Assembly (NCBI GenBank): GCA_023818895.1
Contig: JAMWCX010000001.1
Coordinates: 329,789 to 361,788 of the forward strand
Length of the DNA: 32,000 bases
Reading direction: 5' to 3'
Source: Candidatus Omnitrophota bacterium
GTDB lineage: Bacteria; Omnitrophota; Gorgyraeia; 2-01-FULL-45-10
A program made the translations under genes and the position numbers. The notes under the pieces are model-generated. The model did no database searches and was not told the DNA's origin. It worked only from the letters and a program-made list of their open reading frames with translations. This document shows, in pieces, positions 1 to 9,000 of the stretch (the first letter of the stretch is position 1; every line of letters begins with the position of its first letter).

Positions 1-1
1 C

Positions 2-3000
2 ACCGGGTATCGACGTGCCCCGCCATGCAGCCATGGCAAATCCCAGATCATCCAGGATCATCGTATCCGGGTCTGACCAGGCCGGATCGCGCGGATTTTG
101 TCTCATGGCGTCATCAACGACTATAACTCTTTTTATCAATCGGCCTTTATCCGCCAGAAGAACCTGTTTCGCCTGCGGATTTTCTTTTCGTAACTTTTTA
201 AGGAGAAAACTCCTGTAGCTCAAGAGCCGCTTATAGAATCCTGTCTCAGGCTCCGGCATATTACGGTTTGCGTATAACTGATACATATCTTCAATGTACT
301 GGCGCACAAAATGTTCCGGGTCGATACGGTCGGCCGACTGGTATCTGTTATGCGCCTTTACCCGATGGAAGTCCGACAGGGCGTCATAGGTAAGCACCCT
401 TTCATAATTATCGGCAAGAAAAGCCGCCAACCTCCCATTATCACTTATTATGCGTTCTATCGTATTCAGGTATTCTACTACTATACTGTCAACTATGGTC
501 GGCTCATAAAATTCATGATTCCGCTCGGCATAATAACCGTGTTTATTCTTTAAGACCTTTATAACTGGAACATCATCGCGAAGCTTTTCTAAAAGCTCTA
601 TTCGATCGATATCGTACCCTTCAAAAGTACGCGAACCTGCCTCCCAATCAGCTGAGGCATACGTAGTATCTTCTTCGTCCTTTTCCTCGCCGAAAGACGC
701 GAACCCATATCGGCTTTCCGCCCTCCCGCTTTCATTCGCCAGCATAACCACAAAATTAATCGCGAAATGAAACGCCGCCATTATCGCAAGGTATACTTGC
801 TGATCCATCATCGCAATCGGCAGAAGAGCCAATGAGGATACGGTAAGCAAAACCGGAGCGCGCATCCATTTTGATTCCTTGTCATAATGCAAAGCGATAA
901 ATACCAACCCCCAAATAAGGTATGACAATGTTATGCTGCCAAATAGGCCGGCCGTGAAATTAGGCAAAAGCCATCTGAAAATTGGTTCTTCAACAAGCGG
1001 CGCAATGAAAAGAGCCCTGATACGTTTACGCAAACCATGACTCATATTCGGTGTCAACAATTTAAGAAGTCTTGTTACCCCTGGACTGAAGGGCTTCGAA
1101 AATACGCTGTTTTTAGTCAGCAGACTCTTTAGCCAATCTAACCCCGCAACTATCTGCCCCCTTTCCAACATGTTTGTCAGAACGGCGGCATTATTTACAA
1201 TATGAAGCACATATCTGGCGGTATTCGACCGGTCGCCGTACACAGCCGAAAAAGAATTTATCCGTTCTCGATTGCTCAAGGCATTTCTTATGTCATTGTT
1301 GACTTTTACCGGTCCCTTTAAATATGCGGCAAGAGCAAATTTCAGTCGCTCAGAACGATCAGTTATCTTAGAGCTATAATTTTCAAATAACTTCAGCAGG
1401 TATGCACTGCCTGCCCCTACATTCTTCTCCGGCACAAAACGCTCGTCGAATTCCGCGACCCACTTCTTGTAATCCGCCGGATCATATCTAGAGCTATCAA
1501 GACCGTATTTCTTAACAAAATTCCTAGCGGCAAGCCGAAGGGCTTTCTCACCGTCACGGCCCGGCTTCCATTCGCGCTTTCCCTCCTTTATATTGTTGTA
1601 CCTGACTACCCTGACGGCGTGTTCCAGCTGGGCCTGCCAGCGCCTGTCTACGCTAAGCCCCATCTCTACAGCAGCAGGCCCGAGAAGCTGCATGAGTCCA
1701 ACTGCGCCGACTGAAGATACAGCGAAGGGATTGCCATTCGATTCGCGCCGTATGTGGGCAAGCACAAGAGCTATATCCGATATTTCAGGAGCGAAAGTCT
1801 TTTCATATCTTTCTTTTTGGGGTTCGACCTGTTCTCTTTCGGTCTTTTCAGGCAGGATTTCTGCCGGCCGATTTTGATCCGTAGCATTCTCTTTCTGCTC
1901 TATACCTACAGGTTCTATTTCATCATCAGGCGGGTTTATTATCCTCAGCGACATCTTCGGCAAAGTAAATGACATCATTACCAACCCTATTAGCGCCATA
2001 ATGTTAAGAATTTTATTGCAAATCTCTCCTTTAATCCCCATGGGAGGGAGCGCGCTTATCGCTTCGTATTTATCCATATCCCCCCGCTCCACTCCTCTCT
2101 GCACCTGTCTGCGATAATCATCGGAGAATAATAATTTTAATAGGATAACTCCGTCTAAACCTATCGGCAGTATCGCAAATGCGAGGTTCATGTATGCGTA
2201 AATACCCAAGAAAAAACCTACAGGGCTGTCAATATGCAGAAGCAATCTCGCCACAACTTCTGATATTATAAATAAGGCAAAATGCACCGGATAAGGTGCC
2301 GCTATTATCTTTGCGAGTTTTCTTGACACATCAGGAGTGCCCTTCAAAAATCCGAATTGAACACTCACAAGCGTCTGAGGATCATACCCGAGCTCTACGC
2401 CATCGGCACCGTTACTAATGGCCACGATCGCATGGGCTGTCTCATGCACCATAAAGGTAAGCAACAGGACGAGCGCCATCAGTCCCAAAAAAGGCAATAA
2501 GTCCACCTCCAGATCGCTTAAATAAACGAAAAATACCGGCAGGGCCGCGACTATGTTTAAGCGCGCGCGAAAATGTTTTGCGGATTTTCCCGGTGGGCCT
2601 GAGCGGGAAACTTTTTTTGTGACCACGAAGGGAAGTCCCTGCGATGCTTCAAAGGAGTCTCCAAGATATTTTACAACTTTGCTTCTCATTTCGCTGTCTA
2701 ATATCCCTATACCCGGTAATATGCAGCGGCCTCCTGGCTTAAGAACTCGCCTTATCTCTCTAAAGGTCCTTGACAGCTGTGTGTCAGTAAAATATTCGAA
2801 GACTCCCAACTCATAGACAACATCGAAGTAATCATCGGGATAAGGCAAGTGCTCGGTTATGTCCCCTTTTACCAGTTTTACGTCCTTGGCCTCCGTATTC
2901 TCCAAGGCAATATCTATGCCGAATGCTTCCACCTTTTTGCCGTAGACGGCCTTTAACCCTTCGATCGTGTTTCCGCGTTCACCGCAGCCGAGATCAAGGA

Positions 3001-6000
3001 CCCTAACCGTGCCAGAGACGCTGTTGATAGCATCGTTTATGGCACTCTTTATCGAAGAGGGCAGCTCGTCATATGCCCTGTTTGACATTCCTGGCTCCGA
3101 CGAATGAAAGAGCCTTGCAACAAACTCCTTTTCCGCCGCTGACACCACAAAGCGCTGCAGAAGATCCTTCATTTCTTTTGGTGTAATATTATTAGATATT
3201 ATGGAGGTTATAAGCCACCAGGACTTTGTCTTGATCAATTTGTCCCTCAGGCTGTCCGGCACGACAGGACCCTTATCCCCCACGCTCTTCGATCTGAGAT
3301 ATTCAAATATCTTGATATGCTCGTCAAATGGGATCGGGTCTTTATCAGAATCGCGCCATACCTTCAGATAAAAGCCGAGATTCCATATCTCGAGCTCCTC
3401 CACCGTCATTCCTACCTTTCGGAGTATCCTGTCTATCTCCTCAGCATCTGGAACTCCGGTCTTCTCATGGTCATACGCTTCAGGCACATCATACACCAAT
3501 CCAGACTCTTGCGCCCTGCGAAGCGCGCCAGCCTGCTGTAAATCTGATATTTTGTTAGTCGAGGCGACATTTACAACAAAATCGAATGCGAACAATCCGA
3601 AGATGGCATAAAGAACCGCTTTTACCGATGATGATACAGCCGGATAGCTTAACAGCAGATTTGACACCCCTGGCATACCGGAAGCGATGAACAGCAATAT
3701 AGAAAAGGCCGCTATTCCCATTCCGAGCGGCGCTGCCAAAAGAACACGAAGCGGATTTTTGAAGTTTTCGCCTTCAGGTGCGCGATACGCGCCGCCTACG
3801 ATCCTGCCGCCCTCACGGATGATCTCGATCCTGCCCCTGAAGCCGTCCGCCAGCGCGTGTAAGAACTCGTGGGGATAAACCACTAGCATCGACAAGAAGT
3901 TGCCGATAAAGGGAATGCGTGATAAGTGGCGGGCGGTAAAGCTGTAAGCCTTTCCATGCATTGGAGGCTGCATATTATCCAGAAGATATCCGCTGAGCCA
4001 TTTTACGTCATCGATTCTGACAGGGTTTATGTTTTGGATGAATGGATCCCTGCTCAGGCCCAAGGCCGGCGCGTGATTCCCCCCGATTAACACGAGAAAT
4101 TTCTTAGCAGGGTATTTTCGCGTCAGCGCTTCAAGACGTTTCGCCGCAACCTCGTTACGCGCCTTAAGCATCTCCTCCCTGACAAGAACGGCCTTCTGGT
4201 GGAACCTCTTCAGTTCTTCCCTTGAGGCCGATATCCTGATCGCAGCTTTTAAGAGGATCTGCCGTACCTCATCCTCCGGAATACCATAAAGTATTTTCGC
4301 GGTCTGCACAAAAGGATTGAACATTAGCGGAAACGGCGGATCTCGGTCTGTCTTTGCGCCCCTGGCCAATAAGCCCTTAACGACGAGGCTCAGGTGGTCG
4401 TGCAATTGTGGAAAAAGGGATGCGGCCAAGATATCTTCCTTGGAAAGGCCTGTTCTTCTTATCAGTATCTCGAGAACCTCGACATCGCCCTGAAGAGGGA
4501 TTATATCTTCAACCGGTATATTGAGATCCCTGCTCAACTTATCGGCTATCGCCACATCTGCTAGCGAGATCGGCATGCCCGTCTTTCTTCGGTCGGGCAA
4601 AGACTCCGCAACAATTACCCAATCCTGCGGATTCCGAATTATTGACCTGCTTATAGCAAGGATCTCGTCGGCTGCCCTCGGCGAACCGTGCGTGCCCGCA
4701 ACAACCTCCATGGGGGTTCCATACAATGTTATGGAATAACGCTCCGCGCCCCCGCTGGTTATAGTCGACGGCATAGGGCCGAATCTAAGTTCAACCTGGC
4801 TTTTGTGTTCGGCAAGAGATTTGTAAGTTCTTTCAACGCGTATATACGGAACGACAAGGAACGCGGTTATTGCCGCCACCGCAAGAAGCACAGCCGATAT
4901 GATTATAGCCCTGAACGGCGCATGTCTTTCTTTCGCAGCCTGTTTTCCCTGCACAGGAGGCGCGCGCGGCCCTGCCGGCTGAATAACAAAACGCGCTTCA
5001 ATCTCGCCAAGGTACCGCTCGGGGAGGCCCAGTTCTTTTCGTATATCATCAAGAGTCAGACGGTCGCCCTTATTGGCAACAACAACGCGGACCTTCTTGG
5101 CGGCTGCCCGTCTCGCCTCTCTTTTTTCAAGCTTAGGTAGCCCTTCAAGCGCTCTGGCTATGTCCGGAATGGTGGTATCCCTATTAAGCGCCAGACGACC
5201 TGCCGACGACCGTCCCATTCCCTGACCTAGATGAAGCGCCATCGCAAGCCTTACACCGTCCTCCTCGCTTAAACCATACCTTTTAACGAGCGCATCCAGG
5301 TCAATATCTTCCAGAGGAGTTCCCGTGGCAAGCTGCCGACGAGCCTCACGGATTGCGGCGTCAAGACCTGTCGAAGATACCTTAGCATTTGACCTTCCTC
5401 TTGCCTTAACGACCTCGATCGGATCCAGGCCGCCCCTAAAGGATTCGTCGTTAACAAGCGCCTCTACCAGGCCGGCCATCCCTGGAATCTCCAGATCAGC
5501 CGCCTTCACATATTCATCTCTCTTCATGGTATTAAGTTTTTCTCTAAACCACTCTGTCATTCCTCGCTCGCGTATCAGAGGAATGTATTCGGGCATCCTA
5601 AGTTCGTTACGCAGCCTTTCCCATTGCGCTTTGTTTACACGGCGCGCAAGCTCTTTTACACGGTCCTCGTGAGCCTTAAGCTCATCCTCCATCTGCGGTA
5701 TATACTCATCCGACCCTTTTCTCGCATCGTTATGCCTCATCGCTAAATAAATTATCCGCTTCTCGATGACGGATAGTCTCCTCTTTGTATTTAAGAGGTG
5801 GTCGGCTATGGCCAATCTTACATCCTCGTCGCTTGCGTCCGGCCACACTTCTATCCACGAGCCATCCTCCGAAAAAATCACCCTGCATAAGCCGGGAATG
5901 TTCATAGGGGTTTCAATATAGCGGACAATCTTAGAATACTCCGCGTCAACCAGCTGTTGCAACCTCGTCAGGTCCATTAGCGCCGGCTTGTCCGACACCT

Positions 6001-9000
6001 GCTCAGCCGGAATAGATACAGCCTTTTTGCCGGAAATCAAGCGACGGGCCATATTGATTATCTTTGCCCAGAAGATGGATATCAAGATAAGAGGAAAAAC
6101 GTATTTCAGGGCAAACAAACGCAGGCCTTTGGGAGATAAAAAATATGGCTTTAAATCTTCGACGCGCTGCGCCTTTACATGCTCAAGCCTAAAGTCAGCT
6201 AAATTGGAAGAGCATCTTACCGCGCCCTCGTATGAGGCTATATTTTTCGCATTTACCGTCCTCACCTCATAGCCCAGACCTTCCCATATCTTACAGGCTC
6301 GGGCGTCCATTAAGTCGTAACTGTATACAGGCACCAAAGCGACCCGATCCCGCAGGATAACAGCATTGTTATAGGTAATAACCGCCCCTTTGCCAGCCAC
6401 AGTCAGGCCGTACCATGGAAGCGCTGTGACCTTCATTCCTATATCGGTAAGCTCTCTTACCGTCTCGTCCAGTTTCCCAAGAACGCTTGTAAGGCCGCTT
6501 AAATCAAAGCTATAGGCATCAAATCTATCGCAGAAATCTACCAGCGCCTTCTTGAGATCTTTATCGCTAATCTCGGTTTCAACTAAGTATCTTATGTTCG
6601 TCAGCGCAACTTCTATATTGGTAATATGGTTTTTAATGCTTTGTTGCTGTGCCACCGAAATAGAAAATGGCTCTCCTTGTCTTAATATCTCTACCGTTAT
6701 ATCTTTTTCTGTCATAAATTTATCGACATAATCCCGCAACTCATCATATGCAGAAATGTCCAATCTTGCCAAATCAACAGCGGCCTGTTCCAGAAAAGCC
6801 TCCAATCCCATCTTCGGCGAACCTACAAGCGCCACACCTTCCTCCAGAAGCGTGACTTGGGTATCTATATGCGATTTCTCTATGTATGACGGTAAAAGAT
6901 GCAGCTCAGCCTCAAAGAAATCAGTGGCGAAGCGTTTTATGGTCTCCAGAACATCCTCTTTCGTATCAGCTGTTGCCAGCTCCAGGTTTAACCATACGGT
7001 ATGCTCGCCTATGAACAGGTGTTTTTTACCGCCTATCTCAGATACCAACAGGTCGCCTCCGACTAAATCGAATGGCAATTCCACCAGCTTCGCCCCTATG
7101 GCAGCCGCCACTTCCGAAGCAACGGTATAACCGTCGCTTCGGCCATCTTTACCCAACGACTTCATGTGCTTTGAGACGAGCACAAGGCCGGCATCATCCG
7201 GCCCTTTAGCGTAAATAAAAGGATCTCTAATCCATATGGGTACGGCGGTGTATGTCAAATCAGGATACGAAGCGAATATGCTCTTGTGTATAGATATCGC
7301 CTTCACCTTAATGGGCTTCTCCTTCTTGACCTTTTTTATAAGATTCTTGAGATCATCCGAAAAAGACGAATCAAGGACCACGAGGACCTCTGTGTCATCA
7401 GGAAGAGATCTGAATAGCTCCATATAATAATCATCGTAAAGGCTGTCATATCCGATTATGATACCGTTTCCTTCCTGTTTATAGGAAGGCGGCAGGTTTA
7501 TACGCTGATAATTAACCGTATCATTTGGTAATGAAGACTCGCTAATGACGGCATCCGATTTTAATGCCACGTTGGTAATAACAGGCTGTGCTAGCGGCGC
7601 GGCGCTGAGAATGGGTGCTGTTCTGAGCAATGCCCCGATAATAGCCATGCTTATCAAATAGCCGGCGCCTCGCCTACCTCTCCGATTCTTGCTGTCCACG
7701 GGTAACTCTCCATGCCGCTGCGCTTTACTGGTAGACATATCAGATCCAGCCATGCCTGCCATCAAATTAGGGGGCGCGCTTATAGCTGCGGCCGCGAGGC
7801 CTAGACGATTTAAATTACTGGCTATAGCTAGCGCGGATAGGCCGCTCGACTGCGCCAGCTTTATGAATTCGGCGTAAGGATTGCCTGAGAGCAGTTTGAA
7901 ATATGGGCTCTCATATCCGGCGCCGTTTCTGAAATTCGGCAGGATGGATATGTAAGAGATATTGTTTTTCTTGAAGAGCTCGCAGAGGTTCTCGGTGTGA
8001 AAGCCTCCGGTGACCACAACAGCAACTTGAGGCCTGACGGCCTGACGATGCGAGGGCCCTTTACTAAATCTGATATTCTTTATGAAAGCTTCGTCGCGCT
8101 TCATGGAATATTCATAAAACTTAGCCATCTCTTCTCGATTACGGTCAAGACCCTCTATCTCGATACTGAGCCTTGCTTCTATGCCATGTTTCGGCGCTTC
8201 CCGTCTTATGAAGTCTATGTAATTTTTGGCGTTGAATGACTCCTCGTTTGCCTGGTAATACGCGTAGTCCGGGCGAGTCAATGTGGCGTTGAAAAGGTTC
8301 TTCATGAGGGCAAGATTCTTGGAAAGAAGGACAAGATCGCGCTGCGTATCATTTTCGCACAGCGACTCTTTCAGCCGCGACTCGAGATCTTCTATCTCCG
8401 CCATCGCTTTAAGATTGTCGACCGCCTCATAGCGCGATATATAGTTGATATAAGCGTAAAACTGCGAGAAATCCTTCGTCTGTATAGAGAGTGCCGCTGC
8501 CTTGGTCATCAGATATGAGTAAAAATCTTTCTGGGATATCCTATTGGCCCGTAAGGCAACTGTCTTGGCTACCAGCTCCTCTACTTCGCTTCGCGAAAGC
8601 GCATTCTGAAGAACATCGATCAACTGATCGCGCTCAATATTAGCCTTTTTGAAATCAATACCGGCCTCCTGCTCAAGCGACTGCTTCAAAAGACCCAGAT
8701 TTTTAAACGCCGCGATATCGACCGATCTTCTCTCTGCGAGCGTAATGAGATGCGAAATATAGTCTCTAAACGGAAGGCTGCCTGACTTGAATTGCGAATA
8801 GGCAACATCCAGATCGAGAAGCTCCTTAGAATATATCTTGAGTTTTAGGGCAGCGAGAACGCTGCTTAATGCCCTGAGGCCCGCGTTCACGCTCTCTTTT
8901 TCACGTAAAGAATTTTTGTAAACCTTAAGGTTATCGAGATAAAGCCGCGGCTCTTCTATCCCCCACAGCGTGATTCTGCCTGGATTATTAATGGCAAAAT

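Noticed and set aside
4688-5140. Plus-strand 150-aa ORF, together with the other short plus-strand ORFs between 15 and 9548.
   Set aside because: They lie antisense to the giant ORF, are rich in R, S and L, and carry no recognisable motifs. They are typical shadow ORFs.
5269-5457. Minus-strand 62-aa ORF listed in the track.
   Set aside because: It lies in a different frame wholly inside the giant ORF, with no motif and no ribosome-binding site.
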